This document shows positions 48,511 through 57,144 of a stretch of DNA of 64,000 bases, one piece after another. Source of the stretch: an uncultured Methylocucumis sp. GTDB taxonomy: Bacteria; Pseudomonadota; Gammaproteobacteria; Methylococcales; Methylomonadaceae. The stretch's first letter is position 1, and the number at the start of each line of letters is the position of its first letter. The position numbers were made by a program, and so were the translations under genes. The DNA lies in assembly GCA_964446885.1 (NCBI GenBank), contig CAYUQV010000004.1:36381-100380 (forward strand), read 5' to 3'. The notes under the pieces are model-generated. The model was not told the DNA's origin and made no database searches. It saw only the letters and a program-made list of their open reading frames with translations.

Positions 48511-48873
48511 TTAATTCCATTCCAACAATTTCCACATATTGACATGGCTGCCCCTGTCCAAATCGCTATTACGTGCGTCAAACACGCCATCACCGTTGGT
48601 ATCGAGGAAATAATACGCAGGGCCGATGTCGGGGACGATTTTGACCATATAAATCCGTCCGCCCCGGCGATATTCTTGGATGATTTTTTTGCCGCTGTGC
48701 AAGATGGTGATTTCCGGCTCCATGTTTTCGCCGTCTTGCACTTGTGCAGGTGGTTCCGGGGCTTCGGGGATATTTTCCAGTGGGGGCGGAACTTCATCGG
48801 CAGCCAAAGAAGCAACGGGGAATATCATCAACATCAACAGAATAAAACAGCGCATAAGACAAACCTCCAGCAA
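48511..48873 (-). CDS. DUF2782-like secreted protein
   Basis: Signal peptide; 'EEYR.GG..YMVKIVP..GPAYY..D..GDG', C-terminal 'MWKLLEW'. Confidence 0.75.
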   Translation of the reverse strand: MLEVCLMRCFILLMLMIFPVASLAADEVPPPLENIPEAPEPPAQVQDGENMEPEITILHSGKKIIQEYRRGGRIYMVKIVPDIGPAYYFLDTNGDGVFDARNSDLDRGSHVNMWKLLEWN

Positions 48874-48995
48874 GGTAAAAACGTAGGCTATCTTATTACA
48901 GATTTGAGTTATTTGCTGGATTACCGAGGTGGTCGGCCTAATGATGGGACTGGAACGGCGTTGTATCCGTGCTGGTTGGTGGCAGGGTGGGGCAG

Positions 48996-49068
48996 TGCCA
49001 TTAAATTAAGTACCCCTCACCCCAATCCTCTCCCTCAGGGAGAGGGAGCACATTCTTGAACGATGGGA
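48996..49068. mobile_element. MITE, TGCCATTAAGTTAAG-end family, CCCTCTCCC core
   Basis: Core CCCCTCACCCCA..CCTCTCCCTCAGGGAGAGGGAGCA is shared in reverse orientation with 51354..51438; right end degenerate. Confidence 0.65.
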
Positions 49069-49146
49069 TTTTGTAACCCCATCCTTGATGGTTTAAATTT
49101 CTTGTAATCGATCAAAACGTTTCGGAACGGGGAACAAACCCGTTCC
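49062..49146. repeat. REP doublet, same family as 33071..33179
   Basis: GATGGGATTTTGTAACCCCATC ... AAAACGTTTCGGAACGGGGAACAAACCCGTTCC. Confidence 0.6.
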
Positions 49147-49169
49147 GGCCTAGCTATCGGCGTTTAAAT

Positions 49170-50171
49170 TTAACCTAACCACATCAGCCCATATTTGGAG
49201 GGGTGTTTCTGTTTAGGTTTTTCGCCGCAAACCAGCCGCAAAATCTCTTTTTTCGCTTCCAGCCAATCCAATAATTCATAGCCAGGTGAAAAATTGCGCT
49301 TTTCGGCGCGGTAGTAAGCTGCTTCGGCGATCATGGCATCAAGATTGGCGGGAAAATCGGTCTTTTTTGCGGCGTAAACGGGCAGATTAAAACCCCATTT
49401 CAACAAATCACCCCAGACCTGCGGTGATGAGCCATGAATGCCTATAGCGGCAGGTGCGCGTTCGTTGATCGTGCCAAAACACCAATCCCAAACCGACAAC
49501 GCCGCACCATAATTGCTGTCATGTTCGCGCCGTTCGGTGGAATGGTGCGCACGGTGCAAATACGGCACGACCAGCACCTTCGCCAGCCATTTTTCACCTT
49601 TGAAGGCAATATTGCTATGGTGGAACAGCGTCAACACCGTGATCAGCATTTCATTCACCAGCATCATCAGCTGATCTACGCCCAACACCAAAATATAAAC
49701 TGCTTTAAGGGCATTGGTGATCAGCAATTCCAGAACATGCACCCGTAGCGCAGTGGAGGTGTTCAAATACGGGTCATTGTGGTGGACGCGGTGGAATATC
49801 CATAAGGCATCAAAGCGATGGCAAGCCCGATGCCACAGGTATAACAGCAAATCCAACAGCAAAAACGCCACGATAAACTGCCAAGCCGGATGGTTGATAA
49901 AACGCAATAAACCTTGTCCGCTGAAATGCTGAGCCAACACAAACAGCGATGACACCGACAACAGCGACATCAAGGTGTTATTGGCCAAAAACAGGCCTAA
50001 ATTGGCGCGGTAAGATTGGCGCAACGGCTGCTTAGGCCAGGGCCGATGGGGAAAATGCTGCTCCAGTACGACAAACAGCATGAAAGACATCAATAGGACA
50101 AGTGCCACGCCTTCGGATGACAAAGCACTGGGCCAGTGAATATCGTCTAAGAAAGTCATTAATTTTAACAT
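49170..50171 (-). CDS. sterol desaturase/fatty-acid hydroxylase family protein fused to a C-terminal DUF2934-like domain
   Basis: His boxes 'WHRACH', 'FHRVHH', 'FHHSN', 'HRAHH'; tail 'IAEAAYYRAEKRNF..GYELLDWLEA'. Start uncertain (50201/50171/50159). Confidence 0.85.
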   Translation of the reverse strand: MLKLMTFLDDIHWPSALSSEGVALVLLMSFMLFVVLEQHFPHRPWPKQPLRQSYRANLGLFLANNTLMSLLSVSSLFVLAQHFSGQGLLRFINHPAWQFIVAFLLLDLLLYLWHRACHRFDALWIFHRVHHNDPYLNTSTALRVHVLELLITNALKAVYILVLGVDQLMMLVNEMLITVLTLFHHSNIAFKGEKWLAKVLVVPYLHRAHHSTERREHDSNYGAALSVWDWCFGTINERAPAAIGIHGSSPQVWGDLLKWGFNLPVYAAKKTDFPANLDAMIAEAAYYRAEKRNFSPGYELLDWLEAKKEILRLVCGEKPKQKHPSKYGLMWLG

Positions 50172-50322
50172 GGGCAATCTCCAATAATCGGATGCAAACA
50201 TTCAAATGCAGACCACCACCTTAGTCTGGTGATATGACAACCCCATGAACCCAACAAGAAACAGCATGGCAACAGGGGATTTTAAGAATGCGCATCAATC
50301 TGTAACACTTCACTATGGATAT

Positions 50323-50338
50323 AGCAATGTATGTGCCA
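50323..50338 (-). promoter_or_regulatory. sigma54 (-24/-12) promoter
   Basis: Minus-strand TGGCAC-ATACA-TTGCT is a perfect consensus match, about 150 bp upstream of the desaturase gene. Confidence 0.75.
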
Positions 50339-50611
50339 TAACAGAAATTTCAAGCCTATTCTGAGCGGAAGTGCCAGATATTAGGCGGTTAACGCCATTA
50401 ACAAGTCATTTAAGAAGCCATCAAGGAACATCGCATGTATCAAGCAGGTGCAATTGTGCGCCAATTTGCATCAAATGATTGTAATTATCCTGTCATTGTT
50501 GATTGATAAGTTACATATTGTCATCAAAACAGCGCGGTGATGTTTGTCAGAGAACAGGGGTTGGGCAGAAGGTGGTGGGGATGAAGCAATAGGAGATAGG
50601 CGCTTAGAAAC

Positions 50612-50650
50612 AAAAAAGCGAAGCCAGATAAATCGGGCTTCGCTTTTTTA
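50612..50650. terminator. intrinsic terminator for 50671..51216
   Basis: AAAAAAGCGAAGCC...GGCTTCGCTTTTTT. Confidence 0.75.
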
Positions 50651-50670
50651 AAGGATTTAAGTGTTTTCGC

Positions 50671-51216
50671 TTAGTGAATATGCACTTCGCGGGACTTGAC
50701 GGTGTCGCTGCGGCGTAGGGCATACTCGGATTGGTCGCCACTGGCAATCGGGGAGCCGTCTTTGTTCATTTGGTATAACGTGCCTTCGTCTTCAATACGG
50801 AAATACCGGACTTGGCCATCTTTACGTGAGGTCAGGGTGGCGACGCGGCGTTCTTCATCCCAGACGTATTTGCCTTTATCAAACGCTTCGCGCGAAGAAG
50901 CTTTCGCAGGTTGGATCACCATCAGGTAATTGTCGTTTTGCTTTAAGGACAGCGTGGTTTTGATGCCATCGCAACCCTTGCAAGGCAAATAGCCATAAAA
51001 AACACCGTGGAATTCCAGGCTTTTGTCCACTTTTGGTGGGTGGCCTGCGTGTTCGGAATGATCCATGTTTTGTTGGTGGAGCATTTCGCGGGCCTTGAGC
51101 ACGCGCTCTTGAATTTGCATGTCCGATTCGGCGTTAGCCACGTTACAAACAGAACCTAAGGCACAGAAAAGGACAGCGGTGATACTTTGTTTTAATTGTT
51201 GTTGTAATGGTTGCAT
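50671..51216 (-). CDS. NlpE/CutF N-terminal domain protein with a His/Met-rich linker
   Basis: Signal peptide; 'MLHQQNMDHSEHAGH'; 'GVFYGYLPCKGCDGIKTTLSL'. Confidence 0.85.
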   Translation of the reverse strand: MQPLQQQLKQSITAVLFCALGSVCNVANAESDMQIQERVLKAREMLHQQNMDHSEHAGHPPKVDKSLEFHGVFYGYLPCKGCDGIKTTLSLKQNDNYLMVIQPAKASSREAFDKGKYVWDEERRVATLTSRKDGQVRYFRIEDEGTLYQMNKDGSPIASGDQSEYALRRSDTVKSREVHIH

Positions 51217-51353
51217 TTAAAAAACCTCTATTAATAAATCAGGCGATTCGTTGGGTATAGATATTTACAGGCATCCTGAGAGATTATCAGCAATATCCCA
51301 AACGTCAACAGGCCGCCTATACTAAGCCATTTAGAAAGGCCTGTGAATGCGAA

Positions 51354-51438
51354 TGCCATTAAGTTAAGGTCGTTTTGCTCCCTCTCCCTGAGGGAGAGGG
51401 CTGGGGTGAGGGGGATTAAACACTTTAACTTAATGACA
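51354..51438. mobile_element. MITE with 15-bp TIRs and CCCTCTCCC core
   Basis: TGCCATTAAGTTAAG ... TTTAACTTAATGACA flanking CCCTCTCCCTGAGGGAGAGGG. Confidence 0.75.
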
Positions 51439-51462
51439 GTGCGGTTAGACCCTAGCCTAAAG

Positions 51463-51975
51463 TCACAAACAATCCCCATACTGGATCGTCATTAACCGAC
51501 AGTCAAACAATGTGTTAGGCAATTGGGTACTTATGAAAAAACGCAACGCCAATTCCAAAAACAAATACACCATCAATGTCCGTGCCGCCGCGCCTTTAAT
51601 TTTATGACCCGTATGCGTTGTGCAACGCCAGACTGACACCGACCACCAAATAATCGGCAAAAAAATCATGCCGTGTACCGTTTTCCAACTGGCTATCGTG
51701 TAAGTCACCGTTTCGATGCGGTAATCAATATAAAACAACACACCGTTGACAAACACAAAGAACGGCCAAAACGACCGCCATAACTGCAATTGCCCCAGCC
51801 ATGCCGCTTCCAAAAATTGATACCAGTTTTTGCCCGGTTGCTCGCGCCATGCCTTTTCCGGTTCAGGTGTGTAAAAATACATAATCCCAAACACCGCGCT
51901 GAGGAACAATCCCGCTTCCACCGCCGTGAACAAATGGGTAAACGAAAAAATAATCGGTAATGTCGTAACAAACAT
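51463..51975 (-). CDS. hypothetical membrane protein
   Basis: Four hydrophobic segments, 'LWRSFWPFF' motif; start may be further downstream. Confidence 0.7.
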   Translation of the reverse strand: MFVTTLPIIFSFTHLFTAVEAGLFLSAVFGIMYFYTPEPEKAWREQPGKNWYQFLEAAWLGQLQLWRSFWPFFVFVNGVLFYIDYRIETVTYTIASWKTVHGMIFLPIIWWSVSVWRCTTHTGHKIKGAAARTLMVYLFLELALRFFISTQLPNTLFDCRLMTIQYGDCL

Positions 51976-52036
51976 CTGCTGCCATCCTGTCGGGCCGAAT
52001 TTAAACCTAGTGCATTGTCAAAAACCTGTAACCATT

Positions 52037-52849
52037 ATGCAAGCCCCTATTTTCATTTATACCGCCTTACCTTGCGAAGCCAAGCCCTTAATCGACCATT
52101 TCCGGCTGAAAAAAGACCTGGGGGTAGACGCTTTTGCGGTGTTTACGGGAGCAGGCATCTGCCTTACTGTAACGGGAATTGGCAAAAGCGCAATGGCGGC
52201 GGGTGTCGCCTACAGCCAAGCCCGCTACGCACCTACCCAGCCGCCCGTGTTATTGAACATTGGCATTGCCGGACACCGCGACCACCCGTTGGGCGAGCTG
52301 TTCTTAGCGCATAAAATCACCGATGCCGACCGCGACAAAGCCTATTATCCGCCGCTAGTGTTCAAGCTGCCGTGCCGCACCGAGAGCCTAGAAACGTACG
52401 CAAAACCGCAATTGGCCTACAACCACGCCAGCCTCTGCGACATGGAAGCCTCCGCGTTTTATGAAACGGCGATACGTTTCACGACTGGCGAAGTGGTGCA
52501 AACCTTAAAAATCATCTCCGATAACGCCGCCCATCCCGCCACACACATCACCCCCGCCACCGCCAGCGCACAAATCGCCGCGCACATCGGCATCATCAGC
52601 CCCTTCATCACACAATTGCAGGGCCTAGCACAAACCCTAGCCTTACCAGAACCAGAAGGCCTAAAAGAAATCCTGGCGCGTCACCATTTCACCAGCAACA
52701 CCCAACAGCAATTATCAGACAAACTCAGACGCTGGCAACTCATCACCGGACAACCCATAGCCGTACCCTGCATCCCAGAACTAAAAGACGCCAAAGCCCT
52801 GCTGCGCTGGCTGGATGAACGCTTGCAAGAGCAGGTGTTTTATTTATGA
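52037..52849 (+). CDS. nucleoside phosphorylase (PNP_UDP_1 / MTA-SAH nucleosidase-like) family protein
   Basis: 'ALPCEAKPL', 'TGIGK', 'NIGIAG', 'DMEASAF', 'KIISD'. Confidence 0.8.
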   Translation: MQAPIFIYTALPCEAKPLIDHFRLKKDLGVDAFAVFTGAGICLTVTGIGKSAMAAGVAYSQARYAPTQPPVLLNIGIAGHRDHPLGELFLAHKITDADRDKAYYPPLVFKLPCRTESLETYAKPQLAYNHASLCDMEASAFYETAIRFTTGEVVQTLKIISDNAAHPATHITPATASAQIAAHIGIISPFITQLQGLAQTLALPEPEGLKEILARHHFTSNTQQQLSDKLRRWQLITGQPIAVPCIPELKDAKALLRWLDERLQEQVFYL

Positions 52850-53234
52850 ATGGTTGTTAGTGTTTAATGTGGGCTTAGGTTTCACTATTATGACGTTAAG
52901 AAAAAACGCCAAACGGATTTACTGCCCATTCCGTGGCGATTTTGCCGATTCCTTCTCAAACCCAAAGGCTTACGGAAAATCGGCCCCACCATCAGAAAAA
53001 TAATCCACTGAAAAGCTTCGGAGTGTGACAAATTTACTATCGATCAGGTAAGCACATCACAAGAATGTTAGCCGCACATCTAAAGAACGTAAAATCCAAA
53101 CGATTGGATGGAAACCATCCAAATTATAGATACAATGTTTATTTTGGGATGTGCTAACTTATTATAAGTTTATGAAATATAAAACATATAATTTTAAATT
53201 GACCATTTAGGCAACTGGATGATGAGTAGTTTTG

Positions 53235-53430
53235 CGGCATTATGTAGCAAACGCACAATCCCCACTTCCTATTATAAAAATCAATAGGTTATTGTCGTTT
53301 TCTGGGGGGATATATAGTGGTTATAGGTATCCAAGTTTCCAATGGATGCCACGACTGCCCGTCCTCAAAGGACGCGCAGTCGTTACTCAATCACTGTCTT
53401 ATCCTTTTGTGCAACTGCTACATAATGCCG
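53235..53430. mobile_element. 196-bp MITE with an 8-bp target-site duplication
   Basis: TIR CGGCATTATGTAGCA (15 bp perfect, 24 bp imperfect); TAGTTTTG directly flanks both ends (53227-53234, 53431-53438). Confidence 0.88.
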
Positions 53431-53476
53431 TAGTTTTGCGTCATTTAGGATGCCTAATTAACGTTAGGAAAAAATC

Positions 53477-54181
53477 ATGGAAAAGCCTAGTTCTGAAATC
53501 ATTGAACAAATAATCTCTGTCATTGAAGACATGAGAGAAATGGAATCCGCTATCAAAGAGCTTAAAGAAAAAGCAAACTCTTTAGTCTCCAACATTGTCG
53601 ATGAGTCCAATAAGCTAGATATCGCAGCTTATTTATACTGGCTTTACCCAGAAATAAGAGCAAAAGAACTAGCCCACGCTGTTATCGGCGAAAGTAACGT
53701 ACATAAATTTCTGAATTCGATTCAATCTGTTACAGCCAATATTAATTGTGACAGATGTGAACAGCTTGTAGAAATCAAGAGCCGCACTCAGTTGAATGAA
53801 GAAATCAAGAGAACCAATAGTGGATATTCACATTGGGCCGAAGGTTATAGGGTTTTATGCAAAACTTGCCAGACAGAGGTGATGGCGGAACGTCATGCGC
53901 AATCGCAAACTAGCGAACGAGCCAGAAATCAACGCCTTAATGAACTAATAAGAATGCCGTATCGTGAATATCTCCAAACACCAGAATGGAAAGAACGTAG
54001 ATTAAAGCATCTGAAAAGCGTCGGTCATCGTTGTCAAGTGTGCAACTCACCAATACAACCACTTGATGTGCACCATAGAACATACGAAAGACGTGGTCTG
54101 GAGTATTACAAGGATTTAATTGTGCTATGCAGGGATTGCCACAGCACTTTTCACGATGCAGGGAAACTTGCAGATCATTAG
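53477..54181 (+). CDS. HNH endonuclease with an N-terminal helical region and Zn ribbon
   Basis: 'YREYLQTPEW..RR', 'CQVC', 'DVHHRTY', 'LCRDCH'; additional CDRC/CKTC pair. Confidence 0.85.
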   Translation: MEKPSSEIIEQIISVIEDMREMESAIKELKEKANSLVSNIVDESNKLDIAAYLYWLYPEIRAKELAHAVIGESNVHKFLNSIQSVTANINCDRCEQLVEIKSRTQLNEEIKRTNSGYSHWAEGYRVLCKTCQTEVMAERHAQSQTSERARNQRLNELIRMPYREYLQTPEWKERRLKHLKSVGHRCQVCNSPIQPLDVHHRTYERRGLEYYKDLIVLCRDCHSTFHDAGKLADH

Positions 54182-54238
54182 TAAATATTTGCCTAACATG
54201 GTGCTCAATCGGAGCACGGTTATAATGCAGTTTTGCTT

Positions 54239-54383
54239 CTTGTTCCCAAGCTCAGCTTGGGAACAGTTAATCCGAAGCTCTTGCTTCGTGTATTTTTTAG
54301 GCTTAGGCAAACGTATGGCAAAGCATAAACACTGGAAGCAGGAGCTTCCAATACGGCATTCCCAAGTGGAGCTTGGGAACGAG
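54239..54383. repeat. REP doublet (GTTCCCAAGCT family)
   Basis: CTTGTTCCCAAGCTCAGCTTGGGAA ... TTCCCAAGTGGAGCTTGGGAACGAG, with inner GAAGCTCTTGCTTC/GAAGCAGGAGCTTC inverted pair. Confidence 0.8.
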
Positions 54384-54492
54384 AGCAGGGCATGAATGCC
54401 AACGAGTCCCCGCCACCACTCGCCACCTTGCGCTAGTTCCTAAGCTCAACTAGGTAACCTACAAACGTTAAACCGCTGGAGTTCCTGTTTCC

Positions 54493-54882
54493 ATGACTGA
54501 AATTAATATTACTGAACCAGTTCTTCTAATTCGTACATCTAAGTTATTCAAAGAAGGAATGTCATACAAGGAACTCTACGAAATAACGAGAGGTGTTTGG
54601 AAAATAGGTGCAAATCGAGATAAAGCTGAGTACGCCTGTTGTGTCGCAAACGGCATAGTGCAAGAAATTTACACAATCCAAAAATGGCAGCCAGCAGGAA
54701 CTACGCCTTATGAAATGCCTGTAATGGCAGATGCTAATACAAAGGGTAAATGGGAAGGAAGATGGGAATTTAAGGGCAAAGTTGCGCCAGATTCAATACG
54801 TAATAAATACAAAGGAAAGTCAGTCGCCCATTACTTTGCTAAAGGTAATGCTAATCCAATTAATTACATAAATATAAAATAG
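54493..54882 (+). CDS. hypothetical protein resembling the C-terminal domain of LEM-3-like GIY-YIG proteins
   Basis: 'LYEITRGVWK', 'GIVQEIYTI..W.PAGTT', 'GRWEF.G', 'NPINY'; no GIY-YIG motif present. Confidence 0.6.
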   Translation: MTEINITEPVLLIRTSKLFKEGMSYKELYEITRGVWKIGANRDKAEYACCVANGIVQEIYTIQKWQPAGTTPYEMPVMADANTKGKWEGRWEFKGKVAPDSIRNKYKGKSVAHYFAKGNANPINYINIK

Positions 54883-55158
54883 CTCGTATGGTGCTATAGC
54901 GTTGTGTATTAGACCTGTAAGTTACTAAACAAGATCGTCTACCGCAATGCCCCATTGGAGCTTTGCGGTAGATTCCCAAGCTCCGCGTGGTAACGGGAAT
55001 AATCCACAAAACCTGTGGATAAGTCAGGTAAAAACGCTGTTTTATTGGATGTAAGTCCGGTCTTTGTTGGGGTTTGCTTGGATTGGCCAATTTTTGGCCA
55101 ATTACGAGGACGCCTTTGCAAAAACCGGAAGTTAAGCAACTACTGCTTGTGGCAGACG

Positions 55159-55953
55159 TTAATCGTCCTGAATATCTTCCCCGGCTTTTTCTGGTGGTAA
55201 TAAGGTACGCACCGAAATGTTGTCATACCAACCGTCGATTTCCCAAATCTCGCCAACCCCGACACCGCCATAAGGGATCGGGTCTGGGTCTGTGTACCGC
55301 AGCACCGTCCTGCCATTAATTCGGACTTTGATGTCCCCGCCACTGACGGTAATGGACATGAAGTTTGTCCCTGTGGTGGTGTTGGCAATACAAGTGTCTT
55401 TTAAGACATAGCCGACTCCATCGACAGATTTGTACAAACCGACAGCGCCTTTTTCCCAACCAGGGCAAGGGCCGCCTTCCTGCACGTCTTTAGGGTTCCA
55501 GACATCTAAACGGTACATGGTTTTCCGGTTGTTGCCCGATTCACTGGCGACGCGGAAATAAGCGGTCACCATGTGATGGTTCCGAGGAGAACCACTGGTG
55601 TTTTCATTATTGAATGTGAAACTGTAGCGGTAATCTTTCCAAGTGGTATCACCCACATGGGTCAATATCCAGCCATCACGGCCAATACTGCCAGACGTAT
55701 ATCCGCCGTCCATCCACAAGCTACCATTTGCGATACGCCCTTTACGGTTATAAAACGTCCAGTGCCTGTTTTTGGAATCGGTGAAAAAGTCTTTCAATAA
55801 AAGTTTGCCGCCCGTGCCATAGGTAGCTTCTGAAATATCTTCCGTCGCTGACACGGTGGTTGGTTCAGAAAACAGGCACAACAAAACCACTAAAATCCAG
55901 CTTTTTTTAAGGCTATTTATCAACGCCATTTTATCTATATTCAAATTTTGCAT
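55159..55953 (-). CDS. secreted concanavalin-like (DUF1080 / GH16-like) domain protein
   Basis: GAGGAG RBS; signal peptide; 'WKDYRYSF', 'ITVSGGDIKVRING', 'GGVGV', 'YDNISV'. Confidence 0.7.
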   Translation of the reverse strand: MQNLNIDKMALINSLKKSWILVVLLCLFSEPTTVSATEDISEATYGTGGKLLLKDFFTDSKNRHWTFYNRKGRIANGSLWMDGGYTSGSIGRDGWILTHVGDTTWKDYRYSFTFNNENTSGSPRNHHMVTAYFRVASESGNNRKTMYRLDVWNPKDVQEGGPCPGWEKGAVGLYKSVDGVGYVLKDTCIANTTTGTNFMSITVSGGDIKVRINGRTVLRYTDPDPIPYGGVGVGEIWEIDGWYDNISVRTLLPPEKAGEDIQDD

Positions 55954-55963
55954 AATTCTCTCC

Positions 55964-56185
55964 TCATCTATTTAGGCTCTTAGCACGGCAAGCATAATAT
56001 ATCCAAATGGCCAGCTTTTCTTTGCTGTTTTGAAGAAGTGCTGGAGCGGGTCGCTGAATGCGCCTAGGTTGGTTCAAATCCCAGCTCTGGCTCAGTCGAT
56101 ATTCCTGAGAAATCATTAGTTTTAAGGTGGCGTTGGCTTTTTTATTGTCCAACGCTAGCCAAAAATCGGTGTTGGCCATAATCAT
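55964..56185 (-). pseudogene. possible degraded PIN/VapC fragment
   Basis: 'MIMANTDFWLALDNKK' resembles a VapC N-terminus (usually hhDT.FWLAL.N..D); the rest is unrecognisable. Confidence 0.3.
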
Positions 56186-56301
56186 ACTTTGTCGCTTCAA
56201 TCCAAATAATTCTTTAGATGGTCTTGATTTATCATCAGTTGGCAGGGCGGTGAAAGGATATGCCGTGTTTTTTATAGTATCGAGGGTATTGTGCGGGCAA
56301 T

Positions 56302-56340
56302 AAAAAACCCGCTAAGCTTTACGGCTTGCGGGTTTTTATT
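56302..56340 (-). terminator. terminator of the tRNA-Gly/Cys transcript
   Basis: AAAAACCCGC...GCGGGTTTTT hairpin just past the tRNA-Cys 3' end. Confidence 0.65.
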
Positions 56341-56356
56341 TGTTTGGTTTCAGAAG

Positions 56357-56430
56357 TGGAGGCTGCGGCCGGAATCGAACCGGCGTAGATGGCTTTGCAG
56401 GCCACTGCATAACCATTTTGCTACGCAGCC
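56357..56430 (-). tRNA. tRNA-Cys (GCA)
   Basis: Minus strand GGCTGCGTAGCAAAATGG...CTGCAAA...GGTTCGATTCC...GCAGCCTCCA, 74 nt. Confidence 0.96.
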
Positions 56431-56480
56431 ATTGACTTGAAATAAAAAAGCCGCGAATCCGCGGCTTTTTTTGAATTTAT

Positions 56481-56555
56481 TGGAGCGGGAAACGAGATTC
56501 GAACTCGCGACCCCAACCTTGGCAAGGTTGTGCTCTACCACTGAGCTATTCCCGC
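56481..56555 (-). tRNA. tRNA-Gly (GCC)
   Basis: Minus strand GCGGGAATAGCTCAG...TTGCCAA...GTTCGAATC...CCCGCTCCA. Confidence 0.97.
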
Positions 56556-56610
56556 ACTGCAATTTATCCTTGGTATTATAGAGATTTTTTTTAGTTCGTC
56601 AACACTTTTT

Positions 56611-57144
56611 TTACTGAACATCAATTGAAAGTGCCCAACCTGAATTTCCTTTGCATTCGCCGTCTTCAATTTGGACTTTGGCATAGGCGTTCTTTTTGCC
56701 AAAAGCTTCTTGTAATTCAAGGACTGAGACGGGGGTGCCTTGGGGCATGTTTTGGCAAGCGGCTGATCTGTCGGCTTCTTCGGTGTCATCATAAGCGGCC
56801 ATGGTGCCAGGTACTGACACTAAACGGACTGTCGCGTTTTTGTCGTAAGCATTGGCGCTTTTTAAGACGTATTTTTGTCCTACTGCAAGGTCTTTCATGA
56901 CTTGGCCTGAAACAACGGGTTTGTTGTCGCCGCCGCTCATCATAAACAGCAAAACGACAACTACGCCGCCTATGCCGCCAAAAAAGGCTTTAGGGTTTTT
57001 TTCTTTTAGGCTTAGGAGGGTGGCCAAGGTGCTGTTGGTGCTTGCGGCGGCGGGTGCGGCAGTAGCTGCGGCGGGGCTTGCGGCTTCTACAACGGGAGTT
57101 TCTGCGGTCTGCTCAGTTTGGGTTTGAATTTCTTCGTTACTCAT
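56611..57144 (-). CDS. hypothetical single-TM protein with an Ala-rich linker
   Basis: GAGGA RBS before ATG 57144; TM 'AFFGGIGGVVVVLLFMM'; C-terminal two-Cys beta domain. Confidence 0.75.
   Translation of the reverse strand: MSNEEIQTQTEQTAETPVVEAASPAAATAAPAAASTNSTLATLLSLKEKNPKAFFGGIGGVVVVLLFMMSGGDNKPVVSGQVMKDLAVGQKYVLKSANAYDKNATVRLVSVPGTMAAYDDTEEADRSAACQNMPQGTPVSVLELQEAFGKKNAYAKVQIEDGECKGNSGWALSIDVQ

Noticed and set aside
53235-53430. IR-bounded structured ~200-nt region suggesting a retron msr-msd or an invertible promoter
   Set aside because: The exact 8-bp direct repeat outside the IRs indicates transposition, and there is no reverse transcriptase or invertase nearby
53232-53513. 93-aa ORF overlapping the HNH start
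   Set aside because: It has a TTG start, lies almost entirely inside the MITE, and has no protein-like features
54910-55146. Possible degenerate IS/MITE remnant containing a TGTGGATAA DnaA-like box
   Set aside because: The ends match only partially and there is no target duplication or transposase fragment; a single box is not informative
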